Source: Spirulina sp.
Lineage (GTDB): Bacteria; Cyanobacteriota; Cyanobacteriia; Phormidesmidales; Phormidesmidaceae
NCBI GenBank assembly: GCA_044070495.1
Contig: JBIPSI010000004.1
Span: forward strand, 64,001-128,000
Length of the DNA stretch: 64,000 bases
Reading direction: 5' to 3'
This document shows, piece after piece, positions 31,271 through 43,037 of this stretch. Below the pieces are notes generated by a model. It was not told the origin of the DNA. It ran no database searches and was given only the letters and a program-made list of their open reading frames with translations. Position numbers and translations under genes: made by a program. Position 1 is the stretch's first letter; every line of letters starts with the position of its first letter.

Positions 31271-31603
31271 TCAACAGATATATTGGGTGACATCCTCACC
31301 ACACACATCCGTGAGGTAGGCCAAAGATCGAAAACGTAAACCCACAAATTCGTCATACAGCGGGTTGAGTTTGCACATCGCCGGAATATGGAATGTGCGA
31401 CCCAGAATGGTGACATCCCGCTCGAAGGGGCAACAGCAGGGAATGAGGCGACAAACTAGGTGGGCAAAGCGTCGGTTGGGGACTTCAAGGTTATCAATCC
31501 AGCGGCGCAGGGGAGTGAGAAGGCCAATTCCAGGAGGAGCGGGCAGGGCTTGGCCGTGGGTGTGATGATGCGAGGGATCGGGGGAGTGTAGGAGAGTAGC
31601 CAT
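31271..31603 (-). CDS. Mo-dependent nitrogenase C-terminal domain protein
   Basis: LVCRLIPCCCPFERD...IPAMCKLNPLYDEFVGLRFRSL. Confidence 0.85.
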   Translation of the reverse strand: MATLLHSPDPSHHHTHGQALPAPPGIGLLTPLRRWIDNLEVPNRRFAHLVCRLIPCCCPFERDVTILGRTFHIPAMCKLNPLYDEFVGLRFRSLAYLTDVCGEDVTQYIC

Positions 31604-31882
31604 GGTGGAAATGTGCTGGGTGGGAAAGGCCAAGAACGGAGCTATTCTGGTTTTCCTCTTGCGGTGGAAGAGGAGTTCGAGACGAGGGTCAAGCGGTGAA
31701 AATAAAGGGGGATGGTGGGCGGTGCCCACCCTACGGCTGTTGTATGGTTACTCGAAGTTCAACGGTTTAAAATTTCAACGGTTTACCAGGACGGTAGGTT
31801 GGGTGGCGCGAAGCAAAACCCAACAAGCAAGAATTAAGGGAAAAAGAAAAAGGAAAAATCAGAATCTAAGCCTCAGCATTCC

Positions 31883-32176
31883 TTACCACTTGGCTTGGGC
31901 AATGAGGGGAGCTAGTTCCTCAGCCTGTTCAAGTTCAATACTGAGACAACCTACAACCTGGTTGCTTTCTAGGAAATGAACTGAGTAAATATAGGCCCGT
32001 TGGAGGTAGGTACCGATGCCGATGACGTAGCCAATGTCGTCTTTTTCAGCTAGCTTTTCTCCGATATTTTTGCCAGGAAAGGTGCCATCGTTACGGATTA
32101 CCTTGAGTACCCGCACGCGATCACCCAAATCAAAAATAGGTGGAGAGTCAATTTCTATGGTGTCAGGAAGTTTCAT
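31883..32176 (-). CDS. nifZ: NifZ
   Basis: RVRVLKVIRNDGTFPG, GYVIGIGTYLQ, YSVHF. Confidence 0.93.
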   Translation of the reverse strand: MKLPDTIEIDSPPIFDLGDRVRVLKVIRNDGTFPGKNIGEKLAEKDDIGYVIGIGTYLQRAYIYSVHFLESNQVVGCLSIELEQAEELAPLIAQAKW

Positions 32177-32225
32177 CGTAGAAAATGGAATCTATGGTCA
32201 ACAAGAATAGGCACTAAAACGGGGA

Positions 32226-32260
32226 TGGGCGGATAGATGAAACAGGCATCTACCCGCCCA
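32226..32260 (-). terminator. Stem-loop just 3' of nifK
   Basis: 14-bp stem TGGGCGGATAGATG/CATCTACCCGCCCA. The single mismatch is a G-U pair on the minus (nif) strand. Confidence 0.65.
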
Positions 32261-32266
32261 ATCGGG

Positions 32267-33838
32267 TTAGCGAATCAGGTCGAAGGAGATGTCTTGACCG
32301 ACAACGCCAGTCTTGGCATCGGCTTCTTCTAGGAAGGCATTCACCAACCAGGTGATCTGATTCAGGGCACCCTGGTAGCCCAGGGTGGCGTAGCGGTGCA
32401 TGTGGTGGCGATCAAAGATCGGATAGCCAATGCGCAGTAGCGGGGTGTTCGTATCGCGGGAAAGGAACTTGCCGTAGGAGTTGCCAATCAGCAAATCCAC
32501 AGGTTCCGTGAACAGCAGGGAGCGCAGGTGCCACAGATCTTTGTTGCACCACACCGTGGCATCTTTGCCGTAAGGACTAGCCTCCAAAATGGCGCGGGCT
32601 TCCGCTTCAAAGGCATCGTTTTGGGTGCCAATTAAGACATGAACAGGCTCAGCGCCAAATTCCAGCAGCAGGTTGATCAGGGTAATCACATGATCGGGAT
32701 CGCCGTAGACCGCCACCCGCTTGCCATGCACCCAGGATTGGGAATCGGTCATGGCATCAATGGCCCGTCCCCGTTCCACTTGTAATTCCTTGGGAATTGG
32801 CTTGCCCGTAATGGTGGATAGGTTCATCAAGAACTCATCGGTACCGCGAATGCCAAAGGGCCGGAAATTGTAGGTCTTTTGGCTCCCTTCCTTGGTCAGG
32901 AATTCCTGGCTCTTGGGTGTGGTGTACTTCTGGAAGAAGAAGCTACCTTCGGCATTGATGCTATCCGCCGCGTCCTCTAGGGTGGTTAGCCCATTGTACA
33001 TTTTGAATTCGCCCGTATTGGGAGAATCAAAGGCATCGGAGTTGTCGGAGAGAATGGTGTAGTCAATCCCAAAGAGATCCAGAATCCGCTTCAGTTCGCG
33101 AGTGTTGCCCACGTAGGGATCAAAACCCAGGTTGAAGTTGTATTTGCCGTTGGTGGTTTCGGCTTTTTTGTCCTTGGTCAGCGCCACTAAAATGCCCTTC
33201 AGCATATTGTCGTAGCCCGTGATGTGGGAACCCACAAAACTAGGCGTATGGGCAAAGGGCACCGGGAAGTCTTCAGGGATATGTCCCTCATTTTTGGAGG
33301 TCGTAATAAACGCCCCTAGGTCATCCCCAATTACCTCGGCCATGCAGGTGGTGCAGAGGGCGATCATCTTGGGTTTGTAGATGGTGTAGGCGTTTTCTAG
33401 ACCCTGCTTGAGGTTGCTTAATCCCCCAAATACTGCCGCGTCTTCTGTCATGGAAGAGGAAACCGCCTGGAAGGGTTCTTTGTAGTTCCGGGTCAGGTGA
33501 CTACGGAAGTAGGCGACACAACCCTGGGAACCGTGGCTATAGGGGAGGGTTTCTTCAAAGCCAGCGGCCACAAACAGGGCACCCAGCGGTTGGCAGGCTT
33601 TAGCGGGGTTAACCGTGAGGGCTTCACGGGCAAAGTTCTTTTCCCGGTATTCCCAGGTCTTTGTCCATTCCTCAACTTCAGCAATTTTTTCGTGGCTATG
33701 GGCACCTTCAAACTGGCGCTTATAGGCGAACAATTCCTTATATTCTTCGGTTTGGAATAGCTCGAAGTGATCCTTAACTCGGCCTGGGTCTTCGGTGCCG
33801 CAGGGTGTCGGGATAGTGTTGTCAAGATTGTCAGTCAT
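32267..33838 (-). CDS. nifK: Nitrogenase MoFe protein beta chain
   Basis: NPAKACQPLG, HGSQGCVAYFR, TTCMAEVIGDD, TPSFVGSH, C-terminal FDLIR. SD AAGGAGAG before 33838. Confidence 0.98.
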   Translation of the reverse strand: MTDNLDNTIPTPCGTEDPGRVKDHFELFQTEEYKELFAYKRQFEGAHSHEKIAEVEEWTKTWEYREKNFAREALTVNPAKACQPLGALFVAAGFEETLPYSHGSQGCVAYFRSHLTRNYKEPFQAVSSSMTEDAAVFGGLSNLKQGLENAYTIYKPKMIALCTTCMAEVIGDDLGAFITTSKNEGHIPEDFPVPFAHTPSFVGSHITGYDNMLKGILVALTKDKKAETTNGKYNFNLGFDPYVGNTRELKRILDLFGIDYTILSDNSDAFDSPNTGEFKMYNGLTTLEDAADSINAEGSFFFQKYTTPKSQEFLTKEGSQKTYNFRPFGIRGTDEFLMNLSTITGKPIPKELQVERGRAIDAMTDSQSWVHGKRVAVYGDPDHVITLINLLLEFGAEPVHVLIGTQNDAFEAEARAILEASPYGKDATVWCNKDLWHLRSLLFTEPVDLLIGNSYGKFLSRDTNTPLLRIGYPIFDRHHMHRYATLGYQGALNQITWLVNAFLEEADAKTGVVGQDISFDLIR

Positions 33839-33928
33839 GATGCTCTCCTTATGGGGAGGTGGAGATGGGTCGATGGGCTGAGGTTTGGGGGGATAGGGGC
33901 ACAGGGTCATGCACCCCTATCCGTAGGG

Positions 33929-35377
33929 CTAGGCGTTTTCCCAAGGGGTTTTCACCAGACCCCAGGTGGGGTTATTGATGGCCAAATCCATGTCACGGGC
34001 AAAGACTTCAAAGCCTTCATAGCCGTGGTAGGGGCCAGAGTAATCCCAGGAGTGCATTTGGCGGAAGGGAACAGCCATTTTCTGGAAGACGTACTTCTCT
34101 TTCACCCCAGAGGCAATCAAGTCGGGCTTGAGCTGTTTGGCAAATTCTTCAAACTCATAGCCGCTGACATCGTCGTAAATAACGGTGCCGTCTTTCACGT
34201 AATCGAGGGTGCGTTTGTAGTCGTCACCATGGCCAAATTCATAGCCCGTGCCGATCACGTTCATGCCCAGATCTTCAAAGGCAGGAATGACGTGGCGAGG
34301 ACGGAGTCCACCCACCATAATCATCACCGTTTTGCCTTCCAAACGAGGCCGATATTTGGCGATAATTTGATCCATCCGGGCTTGGTTCGCAGCGATCACT
34401 TCTTCCGCTTTGGCCTGAATCGTATCGTCAAATTGTTCGGCAATCTTCCGCAGGGACTTGGCAATTTGGGTGGGGCCGAAGAAGTTGTACTCTAGCCAGC
34501 CAATGCCGTATTTTTCCTCCATGAATCGGCAGATGTAGTTCATCGACCGATAGCAGTGGATCAGGTTCAGTTTGGCCAGGGGGGTCATCACCACTTCGTT
34601 GAAGGTGCCATCTCCAGAGAAGTGACACAGCACCCGTAGGCCCATGGCTTCTAGCAGTTTACGGCTGGGCCAAGCATCTCCACCAATGTTGTAGTCACCG
34701 ATGATGTTGACATCGTAGGGGCCGGGTTCAAAGCCTTCGGGCAGTTTGCGATACTCATCGGCCTTGGGCAGCACCCAGTCGCGCACGGTGTCGTTGGCAA
34801 TGTGGTGGCCGAGGGATTGGGAAACGCCCCGGAATCCTTCACAACGTACCGGAATAACGGGCTTGCCCGTATCCTTAGCCTTGGCGCGGGCGACGGCTTC
34901 AATGTCATCCCCAATCAAACCCACAGGACATTCCGATTCAATCGTAACGCCTTGGTTGAGGGGGAAGAGATCTTCCACTTCATCAATCAGTTGGGCCAGC
35001 TTTTTGTCACCCCCAAAAACGATATCGCGCTCTTGGAAATCAGAGGTGAATTGCATCGTACCAAAGCTATCTACCCCGGTGGTGCCTACATAGTAGTTGC
35101 GGCGACCTGCCCAGGAATAGTAACCACAACCCACAGGCCCATGGCTGAGGTGAACCATGTCTTTAATTGGCCCATAAACTACCCCTTTTGCCCCTGCAAA
35201 AGCGCAGCCACGGGTGGTCATCACACCAGGAACGGATTTTTTGTTGGACTTTGCACCACAGTCAGATTCGCCTTCAGCGTGAACATCGAGGTGCTTTGCC
35301 CGAAGTTTTTTCGCCTTTGCAGGATAGGCTTCTAGAACCTCCTGAATCAGCGCCTTTCTGTCTTCTACGGTAGTCAT
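33929..35377 (-). CDS. nifD: Nitrogenase MoFe protein alpha chain (uninterrupted)
   Basis: [56 protein letters not shown]. Confidence 0.98.
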   Translation of the reverse strand: MTTVEDRKALIQEVLEAYPAKAKKLRAKHLDVHAEGESDCGAKSNKKSVPGVMTTRGCAFAGAKGVVYGPIKDMVHLSHGPVGCGYYSWAGRRNYYVGTTGVDSFGTMQFTSDFQERDIVFGGDKKLAQLIDEVEDLFPLNQGVTIESECPVGLIGDDIEAVARAKAKDTGKPVIPVRCEGFRGVSQSLGHHIANDTVRDWVLPKADEYRKLPEGFEPGPYDVNIIGDYNIGGDAWPSRKLLEAMGLRVLCHFSGDGTFNEVVMTPLAKLNLIHCYRSMNYICRFMEEKYGIGWLEYNFFGPTQIAKSLRKIAEQFDDTIQAKAEEVIAANQARMDQIIAKYRPRLEGKTVMIMVGGLRPRHVIPAFEDLGMNVIGTGYEFGHGDDYKRTLDYVKDGTVIYDDVSGYEFEEFAKQLKPDLIASGVKEKYVFQKMAVPFRQMHSWDYSGPYHGYEGFEVFARDMDLAINNPTWGLVKTPWENA

Positions 35378-35422
35378 GATGCCCTCTCAGATAGGGTGAA
35401 ATGGGTCTTGGGTTGAGTGTGT

Positions 35423-35485
35423 AGATCCCAGGGTTCTGCTGGGGTAAGTCAGGGTTTAGGAGGCTAGACAAGAACCCTGGGATCT
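35423..35485 (-). terminator. 15-bp perfect inverted repeat between nifH and nifD
   Basis: AGATCCCAGGGTTCT (35423-35437) / AGAACCCTGGGATCT (35471-35485). Confidence 0.65.
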
Positions 35486-35498
35486 GGCTTAAAGGAAC

Positions 35499-36440
<942 letters not shown>

Positions 36441-36536
36441 TCAGGCAAGGGCCTGGAATAAAAGTGAAGCGGGCCGGGGGATCTCGTCCGGCGTGGGGAA
36501 TAGGTAGGGGATACATGGTGGAGGGAGGAGGGGAAT

Positions 36537-36596
36537 AATTCAAAGTTCAAAATTAAAAAGGAAAAATTTTGAACTTTGAACTTTGAACTTTGAATT
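36537..36596. repeat. Inverted heptamer repeat (TTTGAAC)n hairpin in the nifU-nifH gap
   Basis: AATTCAAAGTTCAAAATT ... AATTTTGAACTTTGAACTTTGAACTTTGAATT. Confidence 0.7.
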
Positions 36597-36599
36597 CGA

Positions 36600-37547
36600 C
36601 TAAATTGCTTCAACCACGAGGGTTGGTAACACCAGATCCTTTAATTTCGCCTCAATGGCATACTTCAAGGTGTCGGTGCTACTGGCGCAGGAACCACAGG
36701 CTCCTTGGAGTTTGACCAGGACGCGATCACCGTCTACATCGTGCAGTTGTAAATCGCCGCCATCAGCGATTAGAATCGGACGAATTTCTTGATCCAAAAC
36801 AGTTTGGATCATCATAATTTTCTGCAAATTGGTGAGGACAGGAATTGTGACCGATTCGGGATCGTCTGAAGCTTGAACAGTGAGCACAGGATTAGCGTTA
36901 GGCTGACTCCGTTGTTTCTGTTCAACCGCTAGTTCTGCGGCAGCCTTAACGGTTTCGGCAGACTGTTTGGCATCTGAGATAATGTCTTCAATATTGGCTA
37001 AACAAGATCCACAGCCGCCGCCCGCTTTCACGTAGTTGGTGACTTGTTCAACGGTGTCGAGATCGTTTTCGGCAATGGCGCGACGGATTTTCTTTTCGGT
37101 AATACCGTAGCAGGCGCAAACTAGGCTACCTTCGTCATCATCATGGGCTTCGATGGTAATGCCACGATACTTGTAGATGGCAGCTTCGAGGGCTTCCTGT
37201 CCCATTACTGAACAGTGCATTTTGGCTTCGGGTAATCCGCCCAGGAAATCAGCGATGTCGTGGTTGCTGATGTTCAGGGCTTCGTCCAGGGTTTTGCCCT
37301 TGATGATTTCCGTCAATGCCGAAGAAGAAGCAATGGCGCTGGTGCAACCAAAGGTCTGAAATCGGGCATCCAAAATGCTGTCCGTTGCGGTTTGAATCTT
37401 CAGGTGTAGTCGCAGGGCGTCGCCGCAGGCAATGCTGCCCACCTCCCCAAACACCACTGCCACATCCGGCTGATTCGGGTCTTCAATTGTGCCCTGGTTG
37501 AGGGGGTTGTAGAAGAGTTCGAGTACTTTTTCGGAGTAGTCCCACAT
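36600..37547 (-). CDS. nifU: Fe-S scaffold NifU
   Basis: MWDYSEKV, ACGDAL, TFGCTSAIAS, KMHCS, CACYG..GGGCGSC, GACGSC. Start at 37547. Confidence 0.97.
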   Translation of the reverse strand: MWDYSEKVLELFYNPLNQGTIEDPNQPDVAVVFGEVGSIACGDALRLHLKIQTATDSILDARFQTFGCTSAIASSSALTEIIKGKTLDEALNISNHDIADFLGGLPEAKMHCSVMGQEALEAAIYKYRGITIEAHDDDEGSLVCACYGITEKKIRRAIAENDLDTVEQVTNYVKAGGGCGSCLANIEDIISDAKQSAETVKAAAELAVEQKQRSQPNANPVLTVQASDDPESVTIPVLTNLQKIMMIQTVLDQEIRPILIADGGDLQLHDVDGDRVLVKLQGACGSCASSTDTLKYAIEAKLKDLVLPTLVVEAI

Positions 37548-37671
37548 GGCGGTTTCGGGGGGTGAAGGATGGATGGTGAGGCAGGGTGGGGCGGGGTGGT
37601 GGGGTGGTGGGGTGGTGAAGGGGGGCTTTCTGGCCTCGCTATCTCGCCATCTTGCTACCTCACCATCTCCC

Positions 37672-38865
37672 CTAGGTCGCAACAGCCAAATCTCGCTCCT
37701 GCAACCACTCGGCTTGGTCGTTGTTGAAGGGGGACATGGCCCGCAGGCGGTCTACGATGTCGGGCATGACGTTGAGGACTTCGCGGACTTCGGCTTCGGT
37801 GGTGTAGCGGGAGAGGCTAAACCGGATGGAGCCGTGGAGGATGGTGTAGGGCAGGCCCATGGCGGTGAGAACGTGGGAGGGGTCGAGGCTGCCGGAGGTG
37901 CAGGCGGAACCGGAGGAGGCGCAGATGCCGTATTTGTTGAGCATGAACAGGATGGCCTCGCCTTCGATGTATTTGAAGCCGATGTTGGTGGTGTTGGGCA
38001 GTCGGGCCGCGCCGCCGCCGTTGACGACGGTATCGGGGATGGTGGCCAGAATGCCGTATTCCAGCATGTCCCGCAGTTCCGCTTCCCGTTGGGTGTGGGC
38101 GAGGCTGAGTTGGGCCAGTTCCGCCGCTTTGCCCAGGGCCACAATGCCGGGGACGTTGTGGGTGCCTGCCCGACGACTACGCTCTTGGTGTCCGCCCAGG
38201 AGAAAGGGCCGGAAACGGAAGCCTTTCCGCACATAGAGGGCACCGATGCCCTTGGGGGCGTGCAGCTTGTGGCCGGACAGAGTGAGCAGGTCGATGGTGC
38301 TGGTGGCCAGGTCGATGGGGAGTTTGCCCGCCGCTTGGACGGCATCTACATGGAAGGTGGCTCCGTAGGCTTTGGCGATTTCACCGATTTTTTCGACCGG
38401 GAAAATCACCCCGGTTTCGTTGTTGGCCACCATGGTGGTGACGAGGGCCGTTCCCCCGGTCATGGCCGCTTCCAGTTCCGCCAAATCCAGTTCGCCACGC
38501 TCGTTCACCGAGAGGTAGGTGACGGTGTAGCCCTTTTTCTCCAGGTGCTTGCACACTTCCAGGATGGCTGGGTGCTCCACCGCCGTGGTGACGATGTGGC
38601 GCTTGTCGGGCTGGGCTGCGAGGGCGGCATGGATAGCGGTATTGTTGCCTTCACTGCCGCAGCTATTGAAGATAATCTCCGTCGGTTTGGCCCCCAGCAG
38701 GGTCGCCACCTGGTCGCGGGCCTCCTCAATCACCGCCCCCACTTGGCCACCAAAGCTGTGCATGGATGAGGGATTGCCGTACAACTCGCTCAGGTAGGGC
38801 AGCATTGCAGCCAAGACATCGGGGTCGGTGCGGGTGGTTGCGTTGTTGTCGAGATAAATAACCAT
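37672..38865 (-). CDS. nifS: Cysteine desulfurase NifS
   Basis: YLDNNATT, SGHKLHAPKG (PLP Lys), SSGSACTSGS. Confidence 0.97.
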   Translation of the reverse strand: MVIYLDNNATTRTDPDVLAAMLPYLSELYGNPSSMHSFGGQVGAVIEEARDQVATLLGAKPTEIIFNSCGSEGNNTAIHAALAAQPDKRHIVTTAVEHPAILEVCKHLEKKGYTVTYLSVNERGELDLAELEAAMTGGTALVTTMVANNETGVIFPVEKIGEIAKAYGATFHVDAVQAAGKLPIDLATSTIDLLTLSGHKLHAPKGIGALYVRKGFRFRPFLLGGHQERSRRAGTHNVPGIVALGKAAELAQLSLAHTQREAELRDMLEYGILATIPDTVVNGGGAARLPNTTNIGFKYIEGEAILFMLNKYGICASSGSACTSGSLDPSHVLTAMGLPYTILHGSIRFSLSRYTTEAEVREVLNVMPDIVDRLRAMSPFNNDQAEWLQERDLAVAT

Positions 38866-38882
38866 GGCGGGTAGGGAAGGTG

Positions 38883-38975
38883 GGGAGTCGGGAGTCGGGA
38901 ATCGGGAGTCGGGAATCAGGCGTCGAAACTTTCCGGTTCCCCTCTCCCACGGGGAGAGGGGCTAGGGGTGAGGGC
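38883..38975. repeat. Heptamer (GGGA[G/A]TC)x5 plus CCCTCTCCC palindrome filling the nifB-nifS gap
   Basis: GGGAGTCGGGAGTCGGGAATCGGGAGTCGGGAATC then CCCCTCTCCCACGGGGAGAGGGGCTAGGGGTGAGGG. Confidence 0.75.
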
Positions 38976-40462
38976 TACCGCTTCAGCACATGCTGGTCAT
39001 AGAAGCGACGGGCGACGGTTTCGATCACGTCGTAGTCTTCCATCACCACCAGACCCGCTTGGTGCAATTGCTTGCTGGGGCAGGGGCCAATTTTGGCGGC
39101 GAGGACGGCTTTGCAATCGGAAATGGTGTCGATGATGCCTTGCAGCATGGCCTCTTCGCCGTAGCCGCCCTGGCAGTAGTCCGCCACTTTGCGGTGGCTA
39201 ACAAAGGTCGCTCCAGCGGCGTCCACTTCGTAAATCATGAATTCCTTGGCATGGCCGAAGTGTTGATTCACAATGCCGCCGCCCTTGGTGGCTACGGCAA
39301 CCAGAACCTTGGGCGAATCCTCCGATAGCGTGCCGGGAACCCGGGCAGCAGATTCCCGCTTGGCGGCCACGGCGGCCCGTTCCTGCTCAATGCTGAGGTG
39401 AACGGCTTGGCGGGTTTCCAGGCTATAGTCCACGGGCATTTCCATGAACTTCTGCTTGGTGAATTCCTGGCTGCGGTCTTCCCCTAGCAGACCCACCGCA
39501 TCGGCGCGGCATTGGCGGCAGTGGCGCATCAGCTTCATGTTGCCCGCACAACTGTCCTGCACCGCTTTCAGTTCCTTCGGTTTGGGGCCGCGCTGCCCGT
39601 TGAGGCCAAAGTAGGTGCCGTGCTCTGGGGCCGAAATCAGGGGCATGATGTTGTGCAAAAAGGCTCCCCGTTCGCGGATAGCGGCGTTCACCTCCGGCAT
39701 GTGTTCGTCGTTGATGCCGGGAATCAGCACCGAGTTCACTTTGCACAGAATGTCCGCGTCCTTCAGGGCTTGCAACCCCTCCATCTGCCGTTCATGCAGA
39801 ATGCGAACCCCTTCAATGCCCCGGTAGCGCTTGCGGCGGAAGTGCACCCAGGGGTAGATTTTGGCCCCAATTTCCGGGTCGATCATATTAATGGTGATCG
39901 TCACGTGGTCGATGTTGAGGGCTTTGATGCGATCCACATAGTCCGGCAGCATCAGGCCATTGGTGGAGAGGCAGAGCTTGATGTCGGGAGCCTGTTCGGC
40001 AATCAGTTCAAAGGTGCGGAAGGTTTTTTCGGGGTTGGCCAGGGGGTCGCCAGGGCCAGCAATGCCCAGCACCGTCATCTGGGGAATCTTGCCCGCCACC
40101 ACTAAGACTTTGTGGGCCGCTTCCTCTGGAGTCAGCAGTTCGCTCACCACTCCGGGGCGGCTTTCGTTGGCGCAGTCATACTTGCGGTTGCAGTAGTTGC
40201 ACTGAATATTGCAGGCTGGGGCCACCGCAACGTGCATCCGGGCATAGTGGTGGTGGGCCGCTTCGCTATAGCAGGGGTGCTGTTCAATCCGGGCTCTCAT
40301 GCTGTCACTGAGGCCATCGGCGGTTTCCGTGGTGCTACATCCAGCGGTGCTAGCGCAACCACCCGCAGATTTCACCACCGTTTTCGTCTTCGTCAGAGTA
40401 ATGTCCAGATCGGGCGTCGCGGAGGGCGCGGAGGTCAGGGCAGAGGCTGGCAGTGGCGTCAT
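38975..40462 (-). CDS. nifB: FeMo-cofactor biosynthesis radical SAM protein NifB (with NifX-like C-domain)
   Basis: [38 protein letters not shown]. Start at MTPLP (40462). Confidence 0.97.
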   Translation of the reverse strand: MTPLPASALTSAPSATPDLDITLTKTKTVVKSAGGCASTAGCSTTETADGLSDSMRARIEQHPCYSEAAHHHYARMHVAVAPACNIQCNYCNRKYDCANESRPGVVSELLTPEEAAHKVLVVAGKIPQMTVLGIAGPGDPLANPEKTFRTFELIAEQAPDIKLCLSTNGLMLPDYVDRIKALNIDHVTITINMIDPEIGAKIYPWVHFRRKRYRGIEGVRILHERQMEGLQALKDADILCKVNSVLIPGINDEHMPEVNAAIRERGAFLHNIMPLISAPEHGTYFGLNGQRGPKPKELKAVQDSCAGNMKLMRHCRQCRADAVGLLGEDRSQEFTKQKFMEMPVDYSLETRQAVHLSIEQERAAVAAKRESAARVPGTLSEDSPKVLVAVATKGGGIVNQHFGHAKEFMIYEVDAAGATFVSHRKVADYCQGGYGEEAMLQGIIDTISDCKAVLAAKIGPCPSKQLHQAGLVVMEDYDVIETVARRFYDQHVLKR

Positions 40463-40921
40463 GGGTTTTGGGAGGTAGGGGTGAGTGCGATAGCGGGTGG
40501 TTGGGTGGGTGGATCGGCTAAGTCGTAGGGTGGGCACTGCCCACCAAAGGTTTGACAGGAGGAATTTGACGGCAGGCCAAAACCCTCGATGTTCCGCCAA
40601 TGGCCGATGGGTGGTTCCCAAATCAGGGGAACAGAACCCATCAACCACGGCACCGCTTCGTCGCTCCCGAAAGTGATTTCCTAGGGTGGTTGGGGTGCAG
40701 AAATCGCTTTTGGTCTCAAGATCTGAGGGAGACCTTCTCAGGACTTGGCAAGGCGTCGAGGTAAAGGGGCTTAACTAGCCAGGGTTGACGTTGCCTGTCC
40801 TGGGGAGATGCTCACTTCAGCGCTTGAGTAACGCTGGGTGCTTGGCGTTGAAAGAGTTATAGCAACGGGGTTATTACGGACTTGCCACAACGGCCCGCTA
40901 GGGATGATTGAATGATTAGGG

Positions 40922-41057
40922 CTGTACTCGAAGCCCGGTACCCTTGACTCCGCAAGGGTTAGAATTTTTTTTGAAGATAGAGGTACAGGTCTTTTCCTGC
41001 ACTCGGCCTGACATTAAGGATAGGCAAATCTTTATTTCTGTACTCAGGTTAAACCTG
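40922..41057 (-). promoter_or_regulatory. Repeated YGAGTRCAG motifs upstream of nifB, candidate CnfR (PatB) boxes
   Basis: Plus-strand CTGTACTCG 40922-40930, CTGCACTCG 40997-41005 and CTGTACTCA 41038-41046. Confidence 0.5.
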
Positions 41058-41577
41058 CATTTTGCCTAGCTTTTGGACAATTTTTATCGCCCAAAAAAAG
41101 GGATTCTGCTGACCACTCAAAAACGCAGATTAGGCATCCTCTGATACAAAATGAGGCGCTACCTTGCCCTAGCCAAATATTAAACTGTATCGGCTCTAGC
41201 GGTTTCAAAGTCGTAAAAGTAGTTCACGTAACAATTATGAATTAAGAAACGTTACAGCCGTCTCCGCGCAACCCTGCAACCCCAAAGCAGCACCACGGTA
41301 GTCTTAGCTGACGAACCACACTGGCGTTGCTAAATCAAGGGATAAATCGGAGATTGACACCCTTCCGATTTCGTTCAGAATTCCGCGAAATCATCCAGCT
41401 ATCCAGCCATGACGCAAAGCTGACCAGACCTCGGATCCATCCAAGGATCAGAGAACCTGCCCCCTACCATATCCACAGGATGTAGGGGCGCGGTTGCCGC
41501 GCCTGGTGCAACATCTTTCGTCAATCAACCAGGGGTGACGATGCTGTTGATTGCGATACCGCTGGGGGCGCTGGCCT

Positions 41578-41853
41578 TTAAAAATCCCCGGTCAAACGCC
41601 GTTCAAATTCTTGGCGTACGCCTTCAACAATCTCCAAGGCTTGGGGATAGATATCGCTATGGGTGTCCTTCAACCAAGCCAGCAGGCGACTGAACTGGGC
41701 ATTGCGTAGGTCCAGATCGGCCTGAAAAATGGTGGCCGTGGCCATGTGCTTGGCGTACTGAATGGGATGCCCCTGGCGCACAAACTCGCTGGTCAACGCC
41801 AGCAGCGCATCCTTGCGAATGTCGTCTTGGTCGGGGGTGGGGGGAAAATTCAT
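41578..41853 (-). CDS. Hypothetical protein (91 aa)
   Basis: Clean ORF with protein-like composition and a GAGG SD; no recognised motif. Confidence 0.65.
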   Translation of the reverse strand: MNFPPTPDQDDIRKDALLALTSEFVRQGHPIQYAKHMATATIFQADLDLRNAQFSRLLAWLKDTHSDIYPQALEIVEGVRQEFERRLTGDF

Positions 41854-42084
41854 GACAAAGCAGCCTCACGGTACATCGGGAGGGGAAAAGGGTCTCGAAT
41901 TGTGTTTAGGATGCCCAAGAGCGACCTAAGGGACGATACCTAGGCCACCCCTGTTACAAAAATCAACCACACCAATCAACGGTGGACTCGCCTAGGCGTT
42001 CGGATACTTTGGATTAGCCGCAAATGAATGAGCCACAATGCAGCCCTGGGGAATCGGGGGATCCAAGCAGGATTTGGTCTTGGG

Positions 42085-42945
42085 CTAGCCGTGCTCCTGG
42101 GATGGTGCTTTAACCAAGGTGATGAGGGTGACTTCTGGCGGGCAGCGCCAGCGCCCTGGGGCATAGGTGCCCAGCCCCCGGTTAACGTAGAGCCAACTGG
42201 GGCCAGTCTGATTTTGGGGCACCGCATGGAGGCCTGAGGCCCATTCCCAATGCTGCAAAGTATGGGCACTCCTGCGCTTGAGGGGGGGCAGGGGCAAGAG
42301 GGTCGCCAATCCTCGCCGGAACCGATCCATCCAAGCGGGCACAATGCCCAGCCCCGGCACCACAATTTGTCCGCCATGGGTGTGGCCAGAAAGCTGAAGA
42401 TCCACCCGCCAGGGCGCAAGCCGCACGGCGCTATCGGGGTTATGGGACAACACCAATCGCGGTGTTTCTGAAGGGATGGATGGGAAAATCTTATCCGGCG
42501 CAAAGTCTCGCGACCACAGTTCTGCCAGCCCCACCACCGGGAAATTTGACCCCAGGGGATAGACCACCTGGTTCCACAGGGCTTGGATGCCGACTCGACC
42601 CAGTTCACGCAGCACCACGGATCGATTCCCAGAGCGATGGTTATCGTGATTACCTAGCACCGCCACCACCCCACATCGGCTCTGCAGTTGACGAAGCTCT
42701 TCCGCTAGGCGAGCCATGGGAGATGGGCTGTGGGTGATGTAGTCGCCGGTGAGGGCAATGAGGTCGGGCTGGAGGGCGTTCACCTGGGCAATGGCCTCCT
42801 GGAGGAGGGGCATGGCCAGACGCTGACCATCGTAGTGAAAGTCGGAAAGCTGGGCAACGCGGCACCCCTCCAGGGCCGAAGGGAGGCCGCGAATGGGCAC
42901 GGTGACGGTTTCGAGGGTGAGGGGGCCAACCCAGAGAGGACGCAT
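42085..42945 (-). CDS. Metallophosphoesterase (YkuE/YaeI-like)
   Basis: QLSDFH, TGDY, LGNHD, LSHNPD, LSGHTHGGQ, YVNRGLG. Confidence 0.92.
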   Translation of the reverse strand: MRPLWVGPLTLETVTVPIRGLPSALEGCRVAQLSDFHYDGQRLAMPLLQEAIAQVNALQPDLIALTGDYITHSPSPMARLAEELRQLQSRCGVVAVLGNHDNHRSGNRSVVLRELGRVGIQALWNQVVYPLGSNFPVVGLAELWSRDFAPDKIFPSIPSETPRLVLSHNPDSAVRLAPWRVDLQLSGHTHGGQIVVPGLGIVPAWMDRFRRGLATLLPLPPLKRRSAHTLQHWEWASGLHAVPQNQTGPSWLYVNRGLGTYAPGRWRCPPEVTLITLVKAPSQEHG

Positions 42946-43037
42946 AGAGTATGGGGCCGTAGGGATTTAGGCGATATCCAAGGGCCGCTGATCTGGAGCA
43001 CAAACACCCTGTCCAGGGATGGCCTTGGGCATGGGCA

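Noticed and set aside
37546..38769. 407-aa plus-strand ORF
   Set aside because: Antisense shadow of nifS caused by GC-rich codon bias; no motifs
40463..40648. Extended N-termini from the ORF track (nifB; likewise nifU, nifK, nifX, nifEN, flavodoxin, sigma factor)
   Set aside because: Extensions translate repeats or UTR; downstream ATGs match family N-termini and several have SD motifs
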